Positions 1 to 8,287 of a stretch of 19,254 nt of DNA are shown here, one piece after another. Below the pieces are notes generated by a model. The model searched no databases. It had not been told where the DNA came from and saw only the letters and a list, made by a program, of their open reading frames with translations. The stretch lies in contig JAUXAS010000008.1 of NCBI GenBank assembly GCA_030619825.1, forward strand, positions 1-19,254, written 5' to 3'. The first letter of the stretch is position 1. Each line of letters starts with the position of its first letter. The DNA comes from Hadesarchaea archaeon. Its GTDB lineage: Archaea > Hadarchaeota > Hadarchaeia > Hadarchaeales > Hadarchaeaceae. The translations under genes and the position numbers were made by a program.

Positions 1-162
1 GGCAATCCGAGCCTGCGCCTGTTGTAAAACCTGTTCGAGCTCTTCGTTGGTAAGCGTGGAAACCGCCTCGGGCGCTTTGACCCTAGCGACGGGCGAAATT
101 CCCGGCTTCGTGAGTTCAAATCCCGTTTCAGGAGTAAACACAGCCGACTCAACCTTCCGCAA
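1..162 (-). CDS. ftsZ: Cell division protein FtsZ, N-terminal fragment (runs off the window's left edge)
   Basis: Not in the ORF track. TTG at 162 after an AGGGGG RBS-like tract reads MRKVESAVFTPETGFELTKPGISPVARVKAPEAVSTLTNEELEQVLQQAQARIA with no stop. The EEL..L.....RI segment matches the helix preceding the GxGGxG loop of archaeal FtsZ1, and dtdA-ftsZ is a known archaeal gene order. The GTPase motif itself lies outside the window. Confidence 0.7.
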   Translation of the reverse strand, partial: MRKVESAVFTPETGFELTKPGISPVARVKAPEAVSTLTNEELEQVLQQAQARIA

Positions 163-209
163 ACAAATCCCCCTTATCACTTATGTTAGTAAATTTCCCT
201 CGAGTTAAT

Positions 210-1001
210 TTAAACCTTTGCTTGGGAAAGGATTTCCCTCCGGCGCAATGCCTTAATGCTCAGCTTGCTGGCAACCCGCTGGGAAATCTGACGTTGTTCG
301 CTGCTCATGCCTTTCCAGTCGAGTACAAGCAGCTCGATGCCACCTCGGGTGCGAGCGATCGCTCGCTCGAGCAGCGCTTCATCAATGCTCGCGTACTTTG
401 GGAGGATGTGCCCTACCCCAACGTCGGTGTGCAGGACCACATCGGTGTGGCGGGGGGCATAGTGTGGGCCACCGAGACCTATAGCAGGGCGACACTTTAT
501 CGACGTGGTTGCCGCGGCCATGATAGCTCGAGCAACAGCTTCTCCGGCCTTTTCGTCGCGCCACTGTTCGGGTGAGCTGCCAATCTCCACGAATGTCACC
601 GGGACATTGAGCTGCGTTGGGCCGTGGTGGGTGGCCTCGAGGGAGACATCGTAGGTCACCCCGAGTTCGTCGCGCATATTCAAAAGGGCCTTGAGGGCAG
701 TTTTTACCGTCGGCGGGGAAGCTTCTGCGAGCTCCATCTTTTCGAGTTTACCTGGCACGTGCACAGTGAGCGTGGGTCTACCTGACTCGCTAGCATGTCT
801 GGAGGCAACGATGACTTCCTCCACGTCCATGGGTGGCTCGGTGATTTGAGTTATGCTGCTCGCAGTCGTTACTAGCATAACATCCCCACACCTGTGTGCG
901 TTCGGCGATGTTGGTGATTTTTCAAAATCGTAGAGCTCCAGCAGTCGCGCGGTGATGTTTTTGGCTGCCGGGTCTCTCGTGGAGGCGAGGACTAGCTTCA
1001 T
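210..1001 (-). CDS. dtdA: D-aminoacyl-tRNA deacylase (archaeal DTD2/GEK1 type)
   Basis: Motifs ASRHASESGRPTLTVH, SLEATHHGPT, FVEIGS and GGPHYAP; 263 aa. Confidence 0.93.
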   Translation of the reverse strand: MKLVLASTRDPAAKNITARLLELYDFEKSPTSPNAHRCGDVMLVTTASSITQITEPPMDVEEVIVASRHASESGRPTLTVHVPGKLEKMELAEASPPTVKTALKALLNMRDELGVTYDVSLEATHHGPTQLNVPVTFVEIGSSPEQWRDEKAGEAVARAIMAAATTSIKCRPAIGLGGPHYAPRHTDVVLHTDVGVGHILPKYASIDEALLERAIARTRGGIELLVLDWKGMSSEQRQISQRVASKLSIKALRRREILSQAKV

Positions 1002-1038
1002 CAGATCGTTAAAAACTCACACTATACACAAAAATAGA

Positions 1039-1143
1039 TGGTGGGCCCGCGGGGATTCGAACCCCGGAACTTCGCCATGTCAAGGCGACGTTTGTTAGGG
1101 TGCGGCTACGCCAACTCCCTCATAACCACTAGACCACGGGCCC
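1039..1143 (-). tRNA. tRNA-Val(GAC) with encoded CCA and a 29-nt intron at position 23/24 (1092-1120)
   Basis: Acceptor stem GGGCCCG/CGGGCCC-A-CCA; anticodon arm TCGCC-TT-GAC-AT-GGCGA; T arm CGGGG-TTCGAAT-CCCCG. The D arm is restored only after removing 1092-1120, which forms a BHB (central helix GTTA/TAAC, bulges TGA and AAA). Confidence 0.95.
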
Positions 1144-1167
1144 CAAAATGAATTTGAGTTGAGTTAG

Positions 1168-1173
1168 TATAAA
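1168..1173 (-). promoter_or_regulatory. Putative TATA box of tRNA-Val
   Basis: TTTATA on the minus strand about 25 nt upstream of the tRNA 5' end at 1143. Confidence 0.55.
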
Positions 1174-1191
1174 TCCCATACAGTTCAAGAG

Positions 1192-1290
1192 TGGTGGACC
1201 GGGCGGGATTCGAACCCGCGACCTTTTGCGGACCTTTTCGGGTCATTCGCATGCCAAGCGAACGATCATACCAGACTGATCTACCGGCCC
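1192..1290 (-). tRNA. tRNA-Ala(GGC) with encoded CCA and a 21-nt intron at position 43/44 (1225-1245)
   Basis: Acceptor stem GGGCCGG/CCGGTCC-A-CCA contains the G3:U70 Ala determinant; anticodon arm TTCGC-TT-GGC-AT-GCGAA; T arm GCGGG-TTCGAAT-CCCGC. The insertion TGACCCGAAAAGGTCCGCAAA forms a BHB-like motif (central helix TGCG/CGCA, bulges AAT and AAA). Confidence 0.95.
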
Positions 1291-1356
1291 ACGAAAAAAG
1301 AGTTGTCGCGTGAGCTTAAGAAATTTTGTGATTGTCCAACGTCAGACAGACATCAG

Positions 1357-1542
1357 TTAACGAAGCCGCAGTCCTTGAATAGTTTTTACCTTCCAGTTGT
1401 AGTGCTTGATGCGACGCGATCGACCATAGCCGCAGGCCGCGCACACGCCTCGTTGAACGTGGTAGGCGCGCCTTCCACAGCGTCGACAACGGATGTGCAC
1501 GACTTTGTGGCGTTTGCCCATCGATGGGGTACCTTTGACCAT
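1357..1542 (-). CDS. rpl37e: 50S ribosomal protein L37e
   Basis: [25 protein letters not shown]....CAACGYG zinc finger. Start moved to the ATG at 1542. Lies downstream of Sm, as is typical in archaea. Confidence 0.97.
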   Translation of the reverse strand: MVKGTPSMGKRHKVVHIRCRRCGRRAYHVQRGVCAACGYGRSRRIKHYNWKVKTIQGLRLR

Positions 1543-1547
1543 GTCCC

Positions 1548-1772
1548 TCACTCAGCCGGAGAGATGAAGACGACCGAGTCGCCTCGGATCACCATTGTCC
1601 CGTAACGTTTCGCCGCTTCACCACCTTGGATATCCTCTGCACCCTCCAGCACCAAATTGACGTGCACATCAAAGCCGTTCAGTTTTCCCCTTAGCTCTCG
1701 TCCGCCCTTGAGCCCCACGAGCACCGACGATTCAAGGGCACGGTTGAGCACATCGAGAGGCCGCTGCGCCAT
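1548..1772 (-). CDS. Sm-like (Lsm/SmAP1) RNA-binding protein
   Basis: RPLDVL...[23 protein letters not shown] (Sm1) and [11 protein letters not shown] (Sm2). Start set at the ATG at 1772. Confidence 0.95.
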   Translation of the reverse strand: MAQRPLDVLNRALESSVLVGLKGGRELRGKLNGFDVHVNLVLEGAEDIQGGEAAKRYGTMVIRGDSVVFISPAE

Positions 1773-1800
1773 GAAAATCATCAACTTCTCGCTAGCTGCG

Positions 1801-1808
1801 TATTTAAG
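1801..1808. promoter_or_regulatory. AT-rich TATA-like element between the divergent Sm and PUA genes
   Basis: TATTTAAG lies about 23 nt before the PUA ATG (leaderless spacing). The minus strand reads TTAAATA about 28 nt before the Sm ATG. Confidence 0.5.
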
Positions 1809-1830
1809 CGTATCGAGCCACTTTTGTTTG

Positions 1831-2316
1831 ATGCCGATAAAGCGCCGTTATCATTTACGAAAAGCTTTGCTCAGGCAACTTACACGGGAAGTCATCGATC
1901 GGTTTGGCGAGTCCGCTGCTGAACTTTTGAAGGGGCCGATCGAGGCTTTGGAGCTGGAGGAGGGAAGGGAGATCATCTTGGCTGCGGGTGAAGCGCTCTT
2001 GGTCAGATCGAGCGGCAAGATTTTTCCGACGCTGAAATCACTCGATCGAATTCCGTTAAAGCGGGTGGTCGTTGACATGGGTGCGGTGCCTCATGTCGCC
2101 AACGGAGCCGATGTTATGGCCCCGGGGGTGGTCTCTGCGGACGGGGGAGTCACTCTAGGGGAGGACGTGGCAATCGTGGACGAACGACACGGCAAGCCCA
2201 TCGCGGTTGGGCAAGCGCTCGTGCCCGGGGCCGAGATGCAGGGCTCGAGGGGGAAAGTGATCAAAAACCTGCACCATGTCGGAGATGAAATGTGGCGGTT
2301 TCTAGCGAAAGGTTAA
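1831..2316 (+). CDS. PUA-domain RNA-binding protein (MCT-1/Tma20-like, DUF1947+PUA)
   Basis: FPTL...VVVDMGAVPHVANGADVMAPGVV...GKVIKNLHHVGD. The real start is most likely the ATG at 1831; the ORF-track extension overlaps Sm antisense. Confidence 0.9.
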   Translation: MPIKRRYHLRKALLRQLTREVIDRFGESAAELLKGPIEALELEEGREIILAAGEALLVRSSGKIFPTLKSLDRIPLKRVVVDMGAVPHVANGADVMAPGVVSADGGVTLGEDVAIVDERHGKPIAVGQALVPGAEMQGSRGKVIKNLHHVGDEMWRFLAKG

Positions 2317-2356
2317 ATAGCTTGAAAGCCTCGACCATTTGTTAGGAGGCGAATGT

Positions 2357-2740
2357 TTGAGATCCTTAAAAAAGTTGTTCAAGGCAAAGTCCGGGGTAAG
2401 GCCTGAAACGGTCGATGAAATACCGATCATGGAGCTTGAGGAAGAGGCTGTTGGTAGGCCAAGGGGTATTTACGCGCTCGAGCCAATCTACGTCAAGAGC
2501 ATGGACCTTCACAGTCTCGTTGACGTTCAAGAGGTCGCGGACGAGCTTCGGGCTGGCAACATCATGATTCTCGACATCACTACGCTAATGAACCAGGACC
2601 CAGCAGAGCTCAAGCGAGCGATCGACCAGCTGAAGGGGATTTGCCAGGTCATAGGTGGGGACGTGGGCCGCCTGACGGAGTCAAAGGTAATAGCCACTCC
2701 CAGGTTAATCAATATCCAATTTAAAAGAACCGCCGCATAA
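2357..2740 (+). CDS. sepF: Cell division protein SepF (archaeal)
   Basis: C-terminal core ELRAGNIMILDIT...ELKRAIDQLKG....GGDV..L....VIATP. TTG start follows a GGAGG RBS; basic/hydrophobic N-terminus (MRSLKKLFK). Confidence 0.85.
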   Translation: MRSLKKLFKAKSGVRPETVDEIPIMELEEEAVGRPRGIYALEPIYVKSMDLHSLVDVQEVADELRAGNIMILDITTLMNQDPAELKRAIDQLKGICQVIGGDVGRLTESKVIATPRLINIQFKRTAA

Positions 2741-2754
2741 CTTTCGGTGAACTC

Positions 2755-3324
2755 ATGCGGAAGAGGGAGTTTTTACTCCCTATTGATTGTTGTCCAATAT
2801 GCGGAGCTAAGGGCACCTTTCGCGTCAGGGGCAGGGTCGACAACATTCCATATTTCGGCGAGATGATGGAGACCTCTGCGAGCTGCACCAGCTGCAAGTT
2901 CAAGCATGCGGATGTCATGTCATTGGGCGAGCGGCCCCCTGCACGCCACGAGTTTCAAATCACATCTGAAGAAGACCTCAAGGTCAGGGTCGTGAAGTCG
3001 AGCACGGGAACGCTCAAGTTGCCAGAGCTTGGGGTGACCGTGGAGCCAGGGCCAGCGAGCCAGGGCTATGTGTCGAATGTCGAGGGAGTGCTTGATCGCG
3101 TCAAGGAGGCGATAAAGCTGGCAATCGAAAAAGTTGATGCTCCGAGGCGTCGACGGGGTGAGGTAAAGATCAAAAAGCTCGATGAGGTGTGTGCAGGGAA
3201 GCGTAGGGTTAGGCTAATTCTCATGGACCCATTTGGGCACAGCGCGGTTGTGGATGAGCGGGCTAAGAAACGCGAGCTGACCAAACGGGAGTTAGCATCG
3301 CTCAGGGGAGGTCCGACACGCTAG
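2755..3324 (+). CDS. ZPR1-type zinc finger protein
   Basis: CPICG...IPYFGE......CTSCKFKHADV, RVVKS, IPELG-like LPELG, SNVEGVL and DPFGHS motifs; GGTGA RBS. Confidence 0.93.
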   Translation: MRKREFLLPIDCCPICGAKGTFRVRGRVDNIPYFGEMMETSASCTSCKFKHADVMSLGERPPARHEFQITSEEDLKVRVVKSSTGTLKLPELGVTVEPGPASQGYVSNVEGVLDRVKEAIKLAIEKVDAPRRRRGEVKIKKLDEVCAGKRRVRLILMDPFGHSAVVDERAKKRELTKRELASLRGGPTR

Positions 3325-5228
3325 TGGAGCCTAATGGTCTCCAAATTCCGGGGCGCCTTCGTCTCGACCTTGAAAAGTTTGTACAGCGTACTTGCCAAGT
3401 CGGTACATTTGTTTTCATCGCCGTGGACACATATGACACGCTGAGGTTTGGGTGAGGCCCTCCGCACGAAGTTCAGCAACTGGGCTCGATCCGAGTGCCC
3501 GCTGAACCCCTCGACCGTTCGGATTTCCATGTTAACCTTCGCCTCCACCACCCTCCCTTTCTCGCCGCGCAGGGGGACTTCGCGCCATCCCTTTTGGATG
3601 CGACGCCCGAGGGAGCCCTCGCACTGGTACCCGACGAAGACAAGGGTGTTGAGTGGGTCGGGCGCGAGGATCTTGAAGTACTCGAGCACGGGCCCTCCGG
3701 CCATCATCCCCGCAGTCGACACGATCACCGCCGGGCCTCCGTCGATTACCTGCGCTCGCTGGTCAGGGCCTTTCACTCTCTCGAAGAGTTCGGACAGGAA
3801 TGGATTTTCATCTGCTCGGAATATCCGCTCCCGCAACTCTTGGGACAGGTATTCGGGGTAAGCCGTGTGGATAGCCGTCGCCTCCCATATCATCCCGTCC
3901 AAGTAAACGGGTATCCCGTCAAGCATTCCTTTTCTCCTGAAATCCTCGAGCAGGACCATTATCTCCTGCGCGCGCCCGACCGCGAATGCTGGTACGACGA
4001 CCTTGCCCCCTCGCTTCGTGGTCTCGGTCACGATTCGAATGAATTCTCTTTCGGCGTCCGCACGGAAGGGCTGGATATCCTCAGCACCCCCATAGGTGCT
4101 GTCCATGACGAGGGTCTCCAAGCGAGGGAACATGCAAACGGCGGGGGAGAAGAGACGCGTGCGGTCGAACTTTAGGTCGCCCGTGTACACGAGGTTGTAG
4201 AGCCCCTCACCGATGTGGGCGTGCACGATGGAGGAGCCCAAAATGTGCCCTGCGTTGTGGAGGGTAATCCGGATGTCGGGCGCGATGTCGGTGACATCGC
4301 CGTACTCGAGTGGGATGCAGTGGCGAAGGAAATTGATGATGTCTCGCTTGTTGTAGGGGAGCGGTCGATCTTCGCGCTCCGCTATGTCCACGTAATCCAG
4401 CTATAGGAGCACGGCGAGGTCACGCGTGGCGGGAGTACAGTAGACGGGACCTTCGAACCCATACTTGAAGAGGTAGGGAATGAAACCGCAGTGGTCTAGG
4501 TGGGCGTGGCTGAGGATCATCGCGTCCAGTTCTGGCAGCCTGATTTCGGGGACCTCGAGGTGGGGGAAAGCTCGATTCTCGGATGCGACGTTTACACCAC
4601 AGTCGATCACGACCCGGCTTTCAGGGGTTTGGAGCAAAAATGATGAACGTCCAACCTCGCGCGACCCCCCGAGGGTCGTGAACCGGATCCAGTCTCCTTT
4701 CGCCTTGGGCTCTCGATGAATCCGCCTGCCGATCTTCCGCAGGATATCGCGTCGCTTGGCACCCGCTTGGATCATCGAGAGACGGATGTTTCGCACGATG
4801 TCAGACTTAATGGGGGGCGCCCGGACCACCCGGGGTGTCCAGTTGATTTCCCGCATTATCTCGCGGAGTAGGGTGCCCCCCTTGCCTATGGCTATTCCGG
4901 GCTTCTGCGCTTCGATGGTGACTTCTCCTACATCTTGGCTGAAGATTACATCGGTTATCCCAGCCTCTGCGGGGACGAGGCGCCGGATGTCCTTTTCGGC
5001 CTCCTCGGGCTCGGTCAGAATTCCGGGGTCGGGGCGTAGGATTATCCGCTTCCGGATCTTGCGCGCGAGCTCCTTTATCACTTCGCCGTTCTCCATGAGT
5101 GGGTCGAGTTTCTTACAGTAGAGCACCACCTTGGGTCCCTCGAAATCGATGTCGGAGATCGCCCCGGCGAAGGGAGTCTCCTCTCGCATAATGCGTTTTA
5201 TTTCTTGCAACAGTTCATCCGCAGCCAT
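3321..5228 (-). CDS. fttA: Beta-CASP ribonuclease aCPSF1 / transcription termination factor FttA, interrupted by an in-frame TAG at 4401-4403
   Basis: ORFs 4401..5228 and 3321..4391 are in the same frame and join as ...RDLAVLL*LDYVDIAE... into a 635-codon protein. It has KH domains (GIAIGKGG), SHAHLDH, GHILGS, YTGD, VGRAQE, GFSGHSD and VHGD. It lies downstream of psmB, as is usual. Confidence 0.93.
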
Positions 5229-5255
5229 GCGGTCACCTTTTAAGCAGAGCTTGGA

Positions 5256-5879
5256 TTAAGCCAATTTTTTTATCTCTTCGGGTGAAAGCTCACGATATCC
5301 TCGCTTGGTTATCGCTGCGACCATGATCTCGTTGCCCGTAGCGATGTCGCGCTTCATCGCCGTTCGCACTGCCTTGATCACGATGGGCGAGGCTTCCTCG
5401 ATGCTCATACCCTCCCTGAACTCGGTCTCGAGCACACCATAGGCAACCGGCGAGCCTGAACCCGTAGCTATCATGGTTTCCTCAGTTAGGGCACCGTCAA
5501 GGTCGATGAAGAAAAGCTTGGGACCAGAGGCATCTGTACCCCCGACCAGCAGGTTCGCGATGTAAGGGAATAGGCCGTACGCGTGGAGGATATTGGCGAC
5601 GAGCCTAGCACCTGCTCGCACGCCCATGGGGGTTCCCTCGCGCATCAGATAATATCCGGCCTCAGCTCGGAGCGTGTTCACTAAACTCTGGGTATCCGCG
5701 ACCCCTCCAGCAGTGGTGGCACCGATGGTGTCGGTTATCTTGAACACCTTTCGCGCCTGCTTGCTCGCCACGAGGTAACCCATCGTGGCCCGGGAGTCCG
5801 TAGCGAACACCACGCCGTCCCTGCACGCAAGCCCGACGGTTGTCGTGCCTTTGAGATGTTTGAGCTTTGGTTTCTCCAA
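5256..5879 (-). CDS. psmB: Proteasome subunit beta
   Basis: Propeptide ending ..LKG followed by TTTVG with the catalytic Thr; DSRAT, ATGSGSP and RDIATG motifs. TTG start at 5879 follows a GAGGT RBS. Confidence 0.96.
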   Translation of the reverse strand: MEKPKLKHLKGTTTVGLACRDGVVFATDSRATMGYLVASKQARKVFKITDTIGATTAGGVADTQSLVNTLRAEAGYYLMREGTPMGVRAGARLVANILHAYGLFPYIANLLVGGTDASGPKLFFIDLDGALTEETMIATGSGSPVAYGVLETEFREGMSIEEASPIVIKAVRTAMKRDIATGNEIMVAAITKRGYRELSPEEIKKLA

Positions 5880-5941
5880 GCTTATACCTCGCTTGAAAAG
5901 ATGCTGCACTAGAAGCAGCAATAGAGAGCTGGTATTATCTG

Positions 5942-5949
5942 TATATAAA
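5942..5949. promoter_or_regulatory. TATA box possibly shared by divergent psmB-fttA and egsA
   Basis: TATATAAA (plus) / TTTATATA (minus) in the 103-bp divergent intergenic region. Confidence 0.55.
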
Positions 5950-5982
5950 GTTTATCCGCCAACAGAAGAGCTGGTAAGTAAA

Positions 5983-7029
5983 ATGAAAGAGCCCAAACGC
6001 ATCGAGCTCCCCCGCGAGGTCTGGATGGGCTCGGGGGTGATCGGGCGGGTTGCGGACGTTTCTGAGCGCCTCAGTCTTGGTGAACGTGCTTTGGTCGTAG
6101 CCGATTCAACGACCTTCAAACTGGTTGGTAGCAGGGTCAAGCGTCTGCTCGAGCACACCGGGTTTAAGGTAGACTATGATCTAATCAAGCAGGCAAATCT
6201 AGCGACGATTGCGAGGGTCCGAAAGTTGGCCAAGGGCAAAGCTGATTTCCTGCTTGGGGTCGGGGGCGGCACATGCATCGATGTAGCGAAAATGGCTTCG
6301 TTCGATGAAGGTAAGCCTTTTATCTCGGTGCCCACTGCGGCATCCCACGATGGGATATCATCCTCCCGGGCATCGATCAAGGGTGGGCGAAAGCCAACAT
6401 CGATCCAAACCCATCCCCCAATCGCAATAATCGCTGACACGCTCATCATCAAACGCGCGCCCCATCGTCTGCTCGCAGCAGGGTGCGGCGATTTGGTGGC
6501 GAACTTCACCGCGGTTCGCGATTGGCAGCTTGCGCATCGATTGTTTGGTGAACCCTACAGCGAATACGCTGTAGCCCTCTCGCTCTTGAGCGCTCAGATC
6601 ATAATGGAGAACGCAAGACTCGTACACCGCCACACCGAGGAGAGCGTGCGCAAGGTCGTGAAGGCTTTGATTTCAAGCAGTGTGGCGATGGCGATCGCTG
6701 GGAGCAGCCGTCCCGCGAGCGGTGCAGAACATTTGTTTAGCCACGCGCTCGATCAGATCGCCCCCAAACCTGCTCTTCATGGTGAGCAGTGTGGCGTCGG
6801 GGCGATATTGATGGCTTACTTACAGGGGGAGGATTGGCAAAGAACTCGAGAGGCGCTTCGGACGATAGGATGTCCGACAAACGCGAAGGAGCTCGGCATC
6901 CCGGCGAAATATGTGGTTAGAGCTCTCACCATGGCGCATCGCATACGACCCGAGCGCTATACCGTGCTCGGTAGCGGTTTAAGCAGGCGGGCGTCGGAGC
7001 GGCTGGCTCGCGCGACAGGGGTAATTTAG
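5983..7029 (+). CDS. egsA: Glycerol-1-phosphate dehydrogenase [NAD(P)+]
   Basis: GVGGG..IDVAK, SVPTAASHDGISS, SRPASGAEHLFSHALD, LHGEQCG and RPERYT motifs. ATG at 5983; the ORF-track start overlaps psmB. Confidence 0.96.
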   Translation: MKEPKRIELPREVWMGSGVIGRVADVSERLSLGERALVVADSTTFKLVGSRVKRLLEHTGFKVDYDLIKQANLATIARVRKLAKGKADFLLGVGGGTCIDVAKMASFDEGKPFISVPTAASHDGISSSRASIKGGRKPTSIQTHPPIAIIADTLIIKRAPHRLLAAGCGDLVANFTAVRDWQLAHRLFGEPYSEYAVALSLLSAQIIMENARLVHRHTEESVRKVVKALISSSVAMAIAGSSRPASGAEHLFSHALDQIAPKPALHGEQCGVGAILMAYLQGEDWQRTREALRTIGCPTNAKELGIPAKYVVRALTMAHRIRPERYTVLGSGLSRRASERLARATGVI

Positions 7030-7044
7030 TTCGACGGGTTTGCT

Positions 7045-7365
7045 ATGGGGCCAAGAGCCGTTTTGAAATCCCTTCGGGATTTCGCCGCGCGCGAGCTTAA
7101 GGAAAAACGTGTAGACCTCGTCGATGTACGCCAGGTAAAGATGGGGTCGGTGATGAGGAAAGGCAAGTTGCCTGACCTAAGGGTGTGGATGGTGAGAGGA
7201 ACACACTACTTAATCTGTATTTTCAGCGGAAAGAGCTTGAGAATTTACTACATGGACAAACGCGGCCAGATGCTAAGTGCAGATGAGTTTGCAGGGGTCG
7301 AAAAAGAAATGGTGCAAGCGAAAATCTCGAAAATGACCAAGAGAGTATTTTGCCTGCCGACCTAG
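7045..7365 (+). CDS. Hypothetical basic protein, 106 aa
   Basis: ATG 15 bp after egsA; fills the gap and overlaps the convergent gene's stop at CTAG. No family recognised. Confidence 0.65.
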   Translation: MGPRAVLKSLRDFAARELKEKRVDLVDVRQVKMGSVMRKGKLPDLRVWMVRGTHYLICIFSGKSLRIYYMDKRGQMLSADEFAGVEKEMVQAKISKMTKRVFCLPT

Positions 7366-7550
7366 CCCTTATCCTCTTGTTCACCCAACCATCGCTTTCT
7401 GATTTTTCTTGCGAGCTTCCCATCCTCGATGATCAGGGAACCTCGGTACCCGCATTCTTGACAATCATAAAGGGACCAGAAATGGGGGAGTCCCGAAGCA
7501 CATTTGAGCTTTGAAGAACCGCAACGGGGGCAGCATGTCACTTTGGGCAT
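7362..7550 (-). CDS. Small CPxCG-type zinc-ribbon protein
   Basis: CPRCGS...YDCQECGYRG, two CxxC pairs in 62 aa. Co-oriented 23 bp downstream of the phosphoesterase. Confidence 0.75.
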   Translation of the reverse strand: MPKVTCCPRCGSSKLKCASGLPHFWSLYDCQECGYRGSLIIEDGKLARKIRKRWLGEQEDKG

Positions 7551-7573
7551 TTATTTCATCATCTTTGCGACCG

Positions 7574-8230
7574 CTAGAGCTCGAGCAGTTTGGCCTGAAT
7601 TTCGTTACTTTTATCTATAGTTATCTCAGCAGCATAACCCTTGCTAATTGGCCCGGGGTTGACCATCAGGGTTCGCCCAAGCTTTTCGGTATTTCGGGCT
7701 TCGTGCACATGGCCGCAGAGCGCCACGAGGGGCTGCTTCTGCTCGATGAACTTGCGAATGCTCTTGCTCCCCACGTGAGTACCTTCGGCGATCTGGTCGA
7801 GCTTGGTGCCGTGGGGCGGGGCGTGGGTGACTAGCACCCAGTTGGTGCCGGTGGTGCAGGTCAGCGCCGCAAGTTCCTCTTGGATCTCCGCTTCGGTGAG
7901 CTCGAAGGGGGTGTTGAAGGGGGTTAGGTTTGAGCCCCCGAGTCCAACGAATGTGATATTATCGAGCTGCTCGCACTTGCTGTGAAGGTTAACTCCGTAC
8001 TTTTCGAGCACCTGCAGAATCTCCTTCGGATCGCAGTTGCCCGGCACCGCGAACGTGGGTATCCCCGTTGTCTTGATCCGCTCAAGCATGTTTTTCGATA
8101 GATTAGCTGGGCCGAAGTTTGTGAGGTCGCCTATGAGCACAAGGCAATCATAACCGCGTTTGAGGAACTTGGAGAGATTGCTTTCGGCATTAGGTGCTCC
8201 GTGGAAGTCGGCTGCCACTAAAATTTTCAA
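7574..8230 (-). CDS. Calcineurin-like metallophosphoesterase (Icc-related)
   Basis: DFHG, GDLT, PGNCD, THAPP, CGHVHE and VNPG motifs. GGTGA RBS 4 nt before the TTG. Confidence 0.92.
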   Translation of the reverse strand: MKILVAADFHGAPNAESNLSKFLKRGYDCLVLIGDLTNFGPANLSKNMLERIKTTGIPTFAVPGNCDPKEILQVLEKYGVNLHSKCEQLDNITFVGLGGSNLTPFNTPFELTEAEIQEELAALTCTTGTNWVLVTHAPPHGTKLDQIAEGTHVGSKSIRKFIEQKQPLVALCGHVHEARNTEKLGRTLMVNPGPISKGYAAEITIDKSNEIQAKLLEL

Positions 8231-8287
8231 TCGCTCACCGAAGCTTATAGGCAGTATGAGGCATTAAAAACGTTTTGGGTCTTAAAA

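Noticed and set aside
1335..1360. C/D-box-like words (CTGATG...CTGA) after rpl37e on the minus strand
   Set aside because: There is no full RUGAUGA box and the spacing is too short for a guide RNA.
4374..4412. BHB mRNA intron removing the fttA stop
   Set aside because: The local stem lacks two 3-nt bulges around a 4-bp helix, and the protein aligns to homologs with no extra residues to remove.
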